From Octopus vulgaris (lineage: Eukaryota), in NCBI GenBank assembly GCA_951406725.2, contig OX597815.1, forward strand, positions 188,418,001-188,482,000: DNA of 64,000 nucleotides, written 5' to 3'. The translations under genes were made by a program, and so were the position numbers. Shown piece after piece: positions 24,761 to 37,070 of the stretch (within the stretch, counting starts at the first letter, position 1; every line of letters begins with the position of its first letter). Below the pieces are notes generated by a model. The model was given only the letters and a program-made list of their open reading frames with translations. It had not been told where the DNA came from and did not search any database.

Positions 24761-24990
24761 CGTATGTATATATAAATTTATATATGCATGTATATATATA
24801 AATTTACATATATATGTATATATATAAAATATATATTAGAGATAAAACCTCTATTATGCAACTCAAACAGTGACAGACAATATATATTTATATATAATAT
24901 ATATATATTTATATATAATATATATATATTTATATATATACACGTATACATACATATATATATGCATACATACATACATATTAATAGGCT
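23935..24990. repeat. Compound (CA)n/(TACA)n/(TGCATACA)n/(TA)n microsatellite field with a family C tail fragment at ~24400-24545
   Basis: Read directly from the sequence. Confidence 0.9.
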
Positions 24991-27980
24991 TCTTTCATTT
25001 CCTCCCAAATTCACTCACAAGGCTTTTGGTCAGTCTGGGATTATAGTAGATGACACTTGCCCAAGGTCTTCTGTTATAGAAAATACATCAGTGGAAAATC
25101 AATTCTCTTCAAAGTTCTTTTCGAGAGAACAAAGAACTTTGCACCAAGTTACAGACATTCCCTTGTCCCTCTCCACATCAGAAGTGCAGTGAACCAGTGA
25201 TTGCCCCATTGAAAAACCTGTAATCATCGATATTATTGTTCACGAATTCTGATATAATATATCGGTGAAAAAAAAAAATAGAATATATAGGGAGAAAAAA
25301 AAAAACGTAAAAGAAACCTAAAGTGCCATTTTCTGGAATTGTGTGTATTTGAATGCAATGTATTCCAATGTATTCCAATATTTTGTTGTGCTATAATAAA
25401 TCCCAAGCCTGATTACAAGTATTTAAGCATTATATGTTTCACTCCAACACAAGATTAATAATATTCAGCAAAATTAATTTAGCTTTATCAGTAGGAGAAT
25501 TCATTCATTCTCAGCTATATTATAACATTAAATTTATTGGACAGCAATTCATGAAAGTAATCCCATTGTATTATGATATATGCTGTGTCCAGCTATTTTC
25601 CTATTACTAACTGGCATCAAATGACAGAAAATTGCTAATATATTACCTTAGAATTATGATTAAAATCTCTTTTGAATGTGTTCTTTTTTTTCAATGAAAT
25701 TGAAAACTGTTTGAAGAAATTTCTGTACTTTAATTTATTTAATTTATTTCGCAGTTGGTGAACAATGGTATTGCTGGTTACAGGTAACTAATGAGACTGG
25801 TTCACAGTATTTCTGATGGCAATAATGTCAAGGGAATATTTGTAACATAGTGCAGAACAAATATAACAATGGATTTCATTGGTCACGGTCAAATGACTGA
25901 AACAAGTAAAAGAGAGAAAGAGAGATAGTAAATAAAGATTTAGATTGAAGCAGGAATATGATCCACTGGATTGCTTTGCATTACAATTCTTGCTGCAAGT
26001 CTGTTTTTGTGTGGTATCATAAATTACATAGACATCAGCTTCTTTTATGCATATTTAATAAATGGATAATTTCAAAGTTCTTGTTATCCATTGCATCTAA
26101 TTTGATCACTCCACAAAAATATTCCAAACTGAGTTTGAGATATTCCTGTGAAGTACTTCAATCAAACTTTGTGCTTTTGAGCCAAGGAACAAAATATGTA
26201 TTTTGTTATTTAGCTTGCTCAAAATAGCAGCCTGTCTTTCTCAAATCATTCCTCGTTCTCTTAAATATCAGTATACATTCAATAAGATAGCTTGAGATAT
26301 CTGAATCAAAGATGGGATGGTCACAGCTGGAACATCTTTGATCTTAGATGTGCTCTTTTATAGCTCAAGTAAAGCAAAACAGCTGTAACAACTCTTTGCT
26401 ATTTTCTATGAAAAAGACAAACCTTTTAAGAGGATGATCAGTTCAAATAAACCTATTGAAGAGTAGCCTGAGTCTATATTTCTTTTAACACACCATAGCA
26501 GAATACATTCTCTTGATTTCCATTTGTTGTTGTCAATAGTAATAGAAGATATATATAGCTATGACACACAACTTCAAAAATATAATTACAATGCCACGTG
26601 ATTTAAACTATCAATTCAACTGTTAAACACGATTCCTGGGAGAGTAGTGTTCATGTGATTTACTACAAACAGCACCAGAAGGGTGAAATTATTTCAATGT
26701 CAATATTTGAAGACAATCAAAAGTAACAGTTACCTATCTATGGCTTGTAGTATATTTATGAAAAGGTCATGAAATCAAAGTCTTTAACTTTTGAAGTATT
26801 TGGTAAATGGTAATAAACCATTGCCACAAGGACTACAAGACTATTTTTTTTGTCAACAAAAAAGCAAAGGAAATTTTCGTAAGAAAATTTTAAGCATGTA
26901 CAATTTTTGGAATTCTCTTTTTTCTTAGATTCAGTGAAGATTATCAAATTGCTAAAATGGATCAGGGTGTTAGAGAATTGGGGACTGCTAATTTAAGGAG
27001 TCATAAAGAAAAAATGTCAGTGTCCAGAGAAATTTAATAAAAGTCATCATTGGTAAAAAAAAAAAGAAAAAAAAAAGGGTATTCAATGAAGTTCATCAAT
27101 TTGGATAATTTGCATGATATGAGATGAGAAAAACCTTGATGTTTCATGTGAAGCCCTTTATCAGAGAGGAAAAATATTGATTTTTGCTTGAAGCATCAAG
27201 ATTTTCATATTCCCCACAGTATAGAAACTTTATGTTTTACAAGAGAATAGTCAGTTCAAATAAAACTATTGAAGAATATCCTCAGTCTACAGAAAACAAT
27301 GTTTAACACACTGGTGCCATAATAAGTGCACTAGATTCCATTTATCATATTCAATGGTAATAGAAAATGTAACACACATAACTGTAAAAATATAATTACA
27401 ATACCACACAAATTAAGCTATCAATACAATACAATTGTGAAACACATTTAATAGGATTTAGTAGGATTTCGTTGAACAGGCAATTGTTAGGATTTGTAGT
27501 GCAGAATTGAACAATAGAAGGTTTACCACAGATAAAACAATATCGCAGTGTCACAAAATCGATCAGGGCATCAGATACTGTTATACATTGCTGATCACAA
27601 TGCACTTCCAAGTCTGCCTTCATTGCACTATTTTCTTTCTATCTTGACCCAAATTGTTTGACCAAATCATCTTCTTGTTGTTGTTGTGGAAAATAAAGAA
27701 GTATTTCAAATAAGAAGAATAGCTCTCTGTCTTTATTTTGTTAATTTCTTTTATTTTTTTTTTATTCTTTTGTTTGTTTCAGTCATTTGACTGTGGCCAT
27801 GCTGGAGCACTGCCTTTAGGCGAACAAATCGACCCCAGGACTTATTCTTTGTAAGCCTAGTACTATTTCATCGGTCACTTTTGCTGAACCACTAAGTTAC
27901 AGGGATGTAAACACACCAACATCGGTTGTCAAGCAATGGTGGGGGAACAAACACAGACACACAAACATATACATGTATAA

Positions 27981-28014
<34 letters not shown>

Positions 28015-28479
28015 GATAAGAAAGTTGGTTTGTGAAAGCACGTGGGTGAATATATAGAAAATAGTAAAGAGTGAAAAAACGACAGAAGGCTTAAATGTTA
28101 AAAAATATATATATTTGCGTCAATATGTCTGAAGAATATTAGAAAATTAAAAAAAAAAATTTTTTTCTCTTATAATGACGTAATTTAAAAGAAAGACTGG
28201 TTTCGCGTGTAGCTTTTCAAATTTCTTGTGATGTTATGTTTATGTTGAATAGAGTTATCATTGTGTTTATGTTCCGGAGAGTTCTAAATAAGGGGAGGTA
28301 GTGGGTGATTTCTTCTGGTGTAAGGGAGATAATCGCTTAAAAATTTTTTCCTTTCCCTTGATGTGAATTTCTCTGTATCAGTATGTTCGGATGGTTGAGT
28401 TTGGGCTTGTACTTTTCAATGAAGAAAATTTCCTTGTTTAGTCTAATTTGTGTTGATGATCCGAAAGCACATTGGTAAA

Positions 28480-28863
28480 ATGGAGGGACAGAAATTTAAG
28501 ATCCAATCTAACTTTACTTGTGCCTCTGAAAACATAATTTATGTCATAAAATGCTCGGGCTGCCACCAAGACTACGTGGGCTCCACGGGACTATCACTCA
28601 GACGTAGATGCACACTGCATCGACAACAGATTGCATTCCCAGAATATAGAATGATACCTTTTAGTGAGCACATTGAGAAATGCGCAAAGCAACTACTACC
28701 ACAATTTTTAATCTTTCTATTTTACCAATGTGCTTTCGGATCATCAACACAAATTAGACTAAACAAGGAAACATTCTTCATTGAAAAGTACAAGCCCAGA
28801 CTCAACCATCCGAACATACTGATACAGAGAAATTCACATAAAGGGAAAGGAAAAAATTTTTAA
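28480..28863 (+). CDS. C-terminal GIY-YIG endonuclease domain of a Penelope-like retroelement (fragment)
   Basis: FTCASENIIYVIKCSGCHQDYVGSTGLSLRRRCTLH..FSEHIEKC..RLNKETFFIEKYKPRLN: GIY/YIG variants (IIY, YVG), conserved R, E and LN, and a CxxC..H..H pattern. The first 10 codons of the track ORF come from the inverted arm. Confidence 0.9.
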   Translation: MEGQKFKIQSNFTCASENIIYVIKCSGCHQDYVGSTGLSLRRRCTLHRQQIAFPEYRMIPFSEHIEKCAKQLLPQFLIFLFYQCAFGSSTQIRLNKETFFIEKYKPRLNHPNILIQRNSHKGKGKNF

Positions 28864-28972
28864 GCGATTATCTTCCTTACACCGGAAGAAATCACCCACT
28901 ACCTCCCCTTATTTAGAACTCTCCGGAACATAAACACAATGATAACTCTATTCAACATAAACATAACGTCAC

Positions 28973-29011
28973 AAGAAATTTGAAAAGCTACATGTGAAAC
29001 CGGTCTTTCTT
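28973..29011 (+). ncRNA. Minimal type-I hammerhead ribozyme, U3-A8 variant (mirror copy at 28189-28227, minus strand)
   Basis: AAGAAA t TTGAAAA GC tacat GT GAAA C cg G TC TTTCTT; the mirror copy has a GC/GC stem II. Confidence 0.7.
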
Positions 29012-29583
29012 TTAAATTATGTCATTATAAGAGAAAAAATTAAAAAAAAAAAATTTTCTAATATTCTTCAGACATGTTGACGCAAATATATATATTTTTT
29101 AACATTTAAGCCTTCTGTCGTTTTTTCACTCTTTACTATTTTCTATATATATATATATATATATATACGACGGGCTCCTTTCAGATTCCGTCTAGCAAAA
29201 CCACTCACAAGGCTTTGGTCGGCCCGAAGCTATAGTAGAAGACACTTGCCCAAGGTGCCACGCAGTGGGACTGGACCCGGAATCATGTGGTTGGGAAGTG
29301 AGCTACTTACCACACAACTGCGCCTGCACCTATATTTGATAGAGATAAATGATAAAGATAGGGTGCTCTCTCTCTCTCTCCCCTCTCTTTATCTGGGATA
29401 TTAAGGAATAAATCATAAGAGCTGTCAAGCGTCTATATAAGAGGAATAAATGTTGGTATTGTTTTGCCACAGGTCAACTCTAATTGAACAGACCAATACT
29501 CAAACGTATTCCAACTATGACTTTTTTGGGTTGTCGGCAATTACATCATCCAGTAATGCCTTTTATTATTTTAGATGCAATCA

Positions 29584-29780
29584 AGGCAGCGAGCGGGCAG
29601 AATCATTAGCACGCCAGGTGAACTGCTTACCCGTATTTTGTCTGCTGCTACATTCTGAGTTCAAATTCTGCCAAGGTCGACTTTGCCTTTCATCCTTTTG
29701 GGCTCGATAAATTAAGTACCAATTGAGTACTGGGAGTAATGTAATCAACTATCCCCCTCCCCCAAATTTTAAGCCCTAGG
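29584..29780 (+). mobile_element. SINE family B
   Basis: Head and central motif. Confidence 0.8.
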
Positions 29781-30000
29781 ATTATTTTAGGTGTGATTTA
29801 AGGGATATTTGGTAGCTGTTTCTAGCAAGTCAAGCAACCATACAGATGCTCTCGCATTTGCTTATGTATATGAAGTAAATAAATGAAGTCCTTTGTCAGT
29901 GATGAAGTCATTGTATAAGTGGGTTCTCTCTAATGAATGCATTTCAGCTCTTTTTAATGCAATAAATACCTGTATATCTAAATTTTGGGTTTTAAAAGAT

Positions 30001-30350
30001 CATGGTTCCAGGTTCAGTCCCACTTCTACTATAGCCTCAGGCCAACCAAAGCCTTGTGAGTGGGTTTGGTAGACGGAAACTGAAAGAAGCCCATCATATA
30101 TATGTATATATGTATGTGTGTGCATATGTTTGTGTGTCTGTGTTTTCCCCCCCCAACATCGCTTGACAACCGATGCTGGAGTGTTTATGTCCCCGTAAAC
30201 TAGTGGCTCGGCAAAAGAGATCGATAGAATAAGTACTAGGCTTACAAAGAATAAGTGCTGGGGTTGATTTACTCGACTAAAGGTGGTGCTCCAGCATGGC
30301 CGCGGTCAAATGACTGAAACAAGAAAAAGAGTAAAAGAGTAAAGCGAGTA
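30001..30350 (+). mobile_element. SINE family A, 5'-truncated and internally deleted
   Basis: Family A body and tail. Confidence 0.8.
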
Positions 30351-30781
30351 TAGACTTAACCAGAAGAGGAAGGGAAGATCCCATAACTTTGTTCAGGGCC
30401 TCTGAAGTGTGTAAACACTTCAGTTATCCTTAGTATAGAGACATGACAAATTGGACTCAACTATAAATGCATTATTTAGTATACCAAATGAAACGAAAAA
30501 ATATCAAAGTCTGAATCTTGGAGGAGATAGTGGCTAAAAGTGAAAGATAAAATATCCCAAACTGATAGCATCATGTTTTCGGTAATTGTTTTGAATAACA
30601 CAATGTTTCAATCTATATTGTAGATAACATATATTTCATGCAATGGGCTTATACTGTGTAGGAAGTAGGTCAGTACAACAATGCAGGATGTATGCTGCAA
30701 CAGTCTAATACTGAACAAATGGATACAAAACTGACGACTTGAACAACCTTCTTGCCAAAACAAAAACAACAAAAAGCAAGT

Positions 30782-31495
30782 TTAACCATTTCATTATCAA
30801 CCGGACTGAAACTGCCTTTGGTTCTGTAGTACAAATGTCTTGTTTTCATAGGTTTTTGATTAAAATCTTCTATAAAACCTTTGTCACAATTTATGTTCCT
30901 AAAGCCAGCTTAATGATAACTAAGTTATTTTACTAAATTCTTTGTTATATTTAAAATTAATAGAAAGAAACACAGAGCATCTCAACAGAAATATGGCAAC
31001 AAAAGGGTCAACAAATGATTAATTTAACCCTTTTGATACCTACCCACCTAAAACTGCCACTGGCTCTGTAGTAAAAATGTCTTGTTTTCAAAAGTTTTGA
31101 ATTAAAATCTTCCACCAAAACCTTAGCCACAGTTTATGTTCCTAACACAAGCTGAATGATAACGAAGTTATTTTACTAAATTCTTTGTTATATTTAAAGT
31201 AATTGAAAGAAACACAGAACATCTCAACAGAAATATGGTAACAAAAGGGTTAACAAATGATTAGTTTAACCCTTTTGTTACCAACCCAGCTGAAACCGCC
31301 TCTGGTTCTGTAGTACAAATGTCTTGTTTTCATATGTTTTGAATTAAAATCTTCCACCAATCCTTAGTCATAATTTATGTTCCTAACACCAACTGAATAA
31401 TTACTAAGTTGTTTTACTAAATTCTTTGCTATATTTAAAGTAACTGAAAGAAACACGGAGCATCTCAAAATAAATTACAGTAATGAAAGGGTTAA
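30782..31495. mobile_element. Tandem triplication of a ~230-bp TTAA MITE
   Basis: Units 30782-31011, 31024-31253, 31266-31495, each TTAACCCTTTTG..ACAAAAGGGTTAA-like; 242-bp period. Confidence 0.85.
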
Positions 31496-32337
31496 AGTCG
31501 GTTTCTGTTTCTTATTGAAATGGGTCTTAGCAAGCTAGATGTTCACTTCATCAGGGTGTGTCTTGGGAAAAACCTGTGTCCTTATTTGTCTCTTGCATAT
31601 TAGTATGCTTGTCTCATCTGATGAAGAGTTTTAAATTCAAAACATCCACAACTTTTGTCATTTGAGTATACAAGAATTAAACTTTATTTCCAGTAACAAG
31701 GCTCCCATGACAAACCACTTAACCCCCGCCCTTTATGAACCGATTCTACTCACTAATTACTAACACAAACCATCACCAGTTTACAATTTACAGTTTACTT
31801 GGATCCTGCTGTTTACTTCCTACGCTGTTTATTTTCTGTACATTATCAGGTGTAAATTCCCATACATTTATTACCTGCATGATTCCAATTAATTTATCCA
31901 ATGTACCATGGACTTATTGTACAAATATATATTAACTTAAGTGATAGTTAAATTTATTCTTAATGACATCCATACGAAACTGAACTTGATGTTAGATTTA
32001 ATGATAGCATTTCCAGTTAGTATCATAAATTCTCATTCTTTTCTATATTTTCCTTTTACTAAAACAGAAACTCTTATCGATAAGGGCTTATGATTTCTAT
32101 CCTCACACTATTTATGTCTTCCATTCCTGACCCTGTGGCTCCACCGCTTATAAAAATATTTTGATTTCCAATTTTCAATGATTCTAATTTGTAGGATTAG
32201 GGGGCTGCACTTGCATAGCAAGTGGCCTGATCTGAGATCGTGTGCTGGAACGAAAACAATTGCAGCATGGAAGGTGTTTATAAGCCATTTAAGAAACACT
32301 CAAAATCCATTAGATTCACTCCAACATTTAAATTTAA

Positions 32338-32388
32338 TTTGTCAAAATATTTTCATCGCTTTGAAACTGTGACCTGTTCGCTGACAAA
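32338..32388 (-). ncRNA. Minimal type-I hammerhead ribozyme, G3-C8 variant, in a probable PLE stub (~32200-32408)
   Basis: Minus strand: TTTGTCA GCGAACA g GTCAC agtttcaaa GCGAT GAAA ATAT TT TGACAAA; perfect 7-bp stem I; palindromic stem III AATATT. Confidence 0.7.
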
Positions 32389-32659
32389 ATTCCATGCAGC
32401 ACGGAGTTCTCTTGATTTCCTTTTGTATTAGTTCTGGTTTTCTTTTGTAAGTCCTGTTTTGCTTAAATAGAAATAGTTCTAAGCAGCTATGATTAAAATG
32501 AAGCAAAATTAAAAGAAATAATCTTGCTTGCTAGACATAAAGGGTGCAGTTAATTATTCACGGCTATTCAATGAGTGAAATTGAATGTTGTGAACTCCGA
32601 TACCAGAACTTTAGATAAACTAGATTTGAGTGGGTAATTACTTGAAATTGTTTAGTACA

Positions 32660-33030
32660 AAAGGCACCATTTGAGCGTGATCATTACCAGCGTCGCCTTA
32701 CTGGCACTCGAGCCCCGTGCTAGTAGGGTATCAAGAACATCATCCGAGCGTGATCGTTGCCAGAGCGGCTATCTGGCCTTCGTGCCGGTGGCACGTAAAT
32801 ACACCATTCGAGCATGATTGTTACCAGCATCGCCTTACTGGCACCTGTGCTGGTGGCATGTGGAGTGAAGTCGTTGCCAGTGCCAGTGGCACATAAAAGC
32901 ACCCACTACACTCTCGGAGTGGTTGGCGTTAGGAAGGGCATCTAGCTGTAGAAACTCTGCCAGATCAGATTGAAGCCTGGTGCAGCCATCTGGTTCGCCA
33001 GCCTTCAGTCATTCGTCCAACCCATGCTAG
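32660..33030 (+). mobile_element. SINE family C
   Basis: Family C modules and truncated tail. Confidence 0.8.
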
Positions 33031-33092
33031 ACTAAAGAGGCCCACCCGCAACTACAATACTATCATTTAATTTTCTTTTTTTTTTCTCCCCA

Positions 33093-33328
33093 GTTGTGTC
33101 TGGGGAGAGTCATTTTCTTTTTGTGCCTTATAATGTAACACACTCACTGGTAAAATTTTCACTTTTTTTCTTATTTTTATTTTCCTAAGAAATAAGTGGA
33201 AATTTTACCGGTGAGTGTGTTAAATAATAAGGCACAAAAAGAAAATGACTCTCCCCAGACACAACAGTATATGCTTCAACACACTAACTCATATAAAGAA
33301 TCTTGCAAACCAAATCCAAAAACGAAAA
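33093..33328. mobile_element. Fold-back repeat with one-sided tail (same family as 40965-41503 and 63958-64000)
   Basis: GTTGTGTCTGGGGAGAGTCATTTTC..CCAC arm followed at once by its reverse complement plus a ~65-nt extension. Confidence 0.8.
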
Positions 33329-33979
33329 GTAAAGATAATGGTTATAAGGTTTTAAAACAATGTGTGTGTGTGTGTGCATGCACAAGTGTGTGTACACACG
33401 CCCACACAAACAGATGCATGCATATATATATATATAATACATGGTATTGTTTTGTTGAAAGACAAAGACTGATTGTTTGGTAAGCAATTAGACTTTATTA
33501 ATTCATGGCTTTGTATGTTAACAAAAATTGTACATCTGAAAGTATAGAATGAAAAATTATGAAGTATTATGTAACGCTTTACAAAAGAGTTGGAATAAAA
33601 TACAAAGAATGACATTTTTCAAATACTTTTGATTGCCAAATTATTAGAAGGACAACAAAAAAATATAAATATTAACATCTCACATGTATTCATAAATTCA
33701 TAAATGCCTTTCACATTTATTCATTGTGTCTTGATGTGCTCTTTTGAAATCCGAGATTATTTAAATGACTTGAATATATATGAGAAAATCAGGAAAAAAA
33801 TAGATGTGGTACTAATAATAGTGTTTAGTACTTGAATCAATTCTTTGACTTAGAAACGACTGTATTTCTAAAGGTTTAGTGACTAAGAAGACAATGGAAA
33901 CCCTATTGGAAATGATGATAGCATCTGACATTATTTATTAAGCGATTCTTTGCGCTATTGGATAATAGACTCTTTCTCT

Positions 33980-34205
33980 TTTTCTTTTACTTGTTTCAGC
34001 CATTTGACTGTGGCCATGCTGGAGCACGACCTTTTTTAGTCGAACGAATCGACCCCAGGACTTATTCTTTGTAAGCCTAGTACTTATTCTATCAGTCTCT
34101 TTTGCCAAACCCCTAAGTTATGGGGACGTAAACACACCAGCATCGGTTGTCAAGCGATGTTGGGGGGACAAACACAGACACACAGACATACAGACATATA
34201 TACAT

Positions 34206-34273
<68 letters not shown>

Positions 34274-34503
34274 AATTAGAGACAAAACCACTATTATGCA
34301 AATCAAACAAAGAAAGACATATATATATATACATATATACGACGGGCTTCTTTCAGTTTCCGTCTACCAAATCCACTCACAAAGCTTTAGTCGGCCCGAG
34401 GCTATAGTAGAAGACACTTGCGCAAGGTGCCACGCAGTGGGACTGAACCCGGCACGATGTGGTTGGTGAGCAAGCTACTTACCACACAGCCACTCCTACG
34501 CCT
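33980..34503 (-). mobile_element. SINE family A with a ~50-bp foreign insert in its (TA)n tract
   Basis: Insert 34270-34320 matches 24835-24880. Confidence 0.85.
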
Positions 34504-35097
34504 AGACTTAGAGTATCTATTATGAAACAGCTAAAATATTTTCCATCTATTAACTCTGTATAATTGACATCATATTTGAAGTGTTTATACGTTACTTTCT
34601 AACAAAAGAATTAAGCAATTTTACAACATCATACAATTTGTAGTTTTCAGAATAGTTTTATTGTTGGTGAGATTAATAATATTGTGGAAATGTAAATTGT
34701 GATTTGGATATAATTTGTCTTCACTTTTGCAGAGTTGAGTGGATTAATCTAAATTTTATTTATGATTAAATTTGGCAGAGATATTTTCATTCTTCCTCTT
34801 GTTGAAGTATAAACTGCCATAAGTTGTCAAGATCAATTCTGTTAAAGGTATAAATTTTCTGATATAACCATCAGATAATATATTATTATTTTCTTTTTCG
34901 TTGTCTAATTTTACATCATAAGTCACTTCTGGTTTAGTAGGAATATGATAAATTGATATTTAATCTTAATTCCAGCTAAGAAAACACAGACAAGATTAAA
35001 ACTACTATTGTATTTAAAAGTAGACATTTACTGACAAAAAAATAAAAAAATATAAAAAATAAAAATATTTCGTGTGTGTGTATGTAAGTATATATGC

Positions 35098-35128
<31 letters not shown>

Positions 35129-35162
35129 CATACATATATATATATATATATACATGTATATA

Positions 35163-35226
<64 letters not shown>

Positions 35227-35856
35227 GAATATTTAAATTTAGATACACACACATTATTATATAGATCTTGATTCAGTTAATATTTGCATTTCACTTTATA
35301 TATTTATCTAAAACTAAAATAAATGAAATGAGCTAACAACCCGTGTTCAAGTGACAGACAAAAAGACTATTTTAGGAAAGAAATAAGTAATTTTATCTAT
35401 CCTGATAAAGAATAAGGTGAATATATGTTAGGAAGAACACATACATATACATAAACACACACACACACACACACTCCATATGTATACTCACACCATGCAC
35501 ACTTCTCCATATGTATACACATACTCACCCCTTCTCTCTGTTTTTTCATGCATGCGTACATACATTTATATTCTCCTATATGAAGAATGGCTTCATTTAT
35601 GAACCCTAGATAAATACAATAATAGGTTAAATATGTGTTTTAACATTCGTGGATGTTATAAATATGGTGCAAGGGATGAGGTGAGATGAAGATCTATGCA
35701 TTTCTGGCTCCAATAAACATGACAGTCACCTAGTCATGTACCAATCAGGCAAACCAGACACACTTCATATTCATCAGAACACAGAATTGGCAACAAGTTG
35801 TAGGTATTGAATTTTCTCTGGGAATTCACTTGTGACTTTTGAAGTTAGGATAAGGA

Positions 35857-36600
35857 TAAGACAAACTTGGAGACAAGATAGACTTGGAGACAAGACAGAC
35901 TGGGAGACAAGACAAGCTGGGAGACAAAACAAACTGGGAGACAAAACAAACTGGGAGACAAGACAAACTGGGAGACAAAACAGACTGGGAGACAAGACAG
36001 ACAGGGAGACAAGACAAACTGGGAGACAAGACAAACTGGGAGACAAGACAAACTGGGAGACAAGACAAACTGGGAGACAAGACAGACTGGGAGACAAGAC
36101 AGACTGGGAGACAAGACAAACTGGGAGACAAGACAAACTGGGAGACAAGACAGACTGGGAGACAAGACAAACTGGGAGACAAGACAGACTGGGAGACAAG
36201 ACAGACTGGGAGACAAGACAAACTGGGAGACAAGACAGACTGGGAGACAAGACAGACTGGGAGACAAGACAGACTGGGAGACAAGACAGACTGGGAGACA
36301 AAATAAACTGGGAGACAAAATAAACTGGGAGACAAAATAAACTGGGAGACAAAATAAACTGGGAGACAAGACAAACTGGGAGACAAAACAAACTGGGAGA
36401 CAAAATAAACTGGGAGACAATACAAACTGGGAGACAAAACAAACTGGGAGACAAAACAAACTGGGAGACAAAACAAACTGGGAGATAAGACAAACTGGGA
36501 GACAAGACAAACTCAAAGACAAGACAAGCTCAGAGACAAGACAAACTTAGAAACAAGGTAAACTTGGAGACAAGACAAACTCAAAGACAAGGCAAACTTG
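35857..36600. repeat. 17-bp minisatellite (CTGGGAGACAAGACARA)n, roughly 40 copies
   Basis: Read directly; the 17-aa periodicity of the ORFs equals 3 x 17 bp. Confidence 0.95.
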
Positions 36601-37070
36601 AGGTGTGGAAACTGAAATATTCCTCTAGATTCAAAGAAGTTCATGTTGGTATGTATAATGGGAAGGAGGAGAATTTTAAAAGATTTGTATCTGAGAGTAA
36701 AGTTTGAGTTTGACAAAAGGTGACATGGTAGTGGAATGGTTTGGTAGATAAAGGAGTAAAAACTAAGAAACAGGTCTGAAAAGAAAGGAAGAAATCAGGG
36801 AGTAAGGAACAATGTCAGTTTGGTAAAAGAGAAGCCAGTTTTCAGCTAGGAGAGAGGCTTGTCAATGTTCTTTAGTGAAAGGATTAGAGTTTCAAATAAT
36901 GTGCAGAGAACAAAGCAGGATCAGTAATTCTTTCTAATGCTTTTGGTGCCAAGGAATATGTGTGATAATGGTCTCCTAAATAACACTTGTCAGCACCTAG
37001 AACTCATCTTGGTGGACATGTTCAATGTTATTTGAAATATATTTTAGGACATTCATAAATAAATAAATAT

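Larger units (their letters stand above)
28016..29150 (+). mobile_element. 5'-truncated Penelope-like element with an inverted pseudo-LTR and tail
   Basis: 28050-28480 is the reverse complement of 28720-29150; GIY-YIG ORF between and within the arms; ~34-nt extra tail at 28016-28049; flanked by (TA)n. Confidence 0.9.
27770..29332 (-). mobile_element. SINE family A split by a PLE insertion in its central (TA)n tract
   Basis: 3' half at 27770-27990 and 5' half at 29167-29332 are colinear with intact copies. Confidence 0.85.

Noticed and set aside
31500-31660. Two divergent CTGATGAAG motifs (minus ~31546-31554, plus ~31618-31626)
   Set aside because: The plus copy has AAAAC in place of GAAAC, and neither has a clear stem I/III; at best decayed hammerheads
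35774-36522. Longest ORFs in the window, and a superficial CRISPR-like periodicity
   Set aside because: Pure 17-bp tandem repeat with no unique spacers; frames are open only because the unit lacks stops
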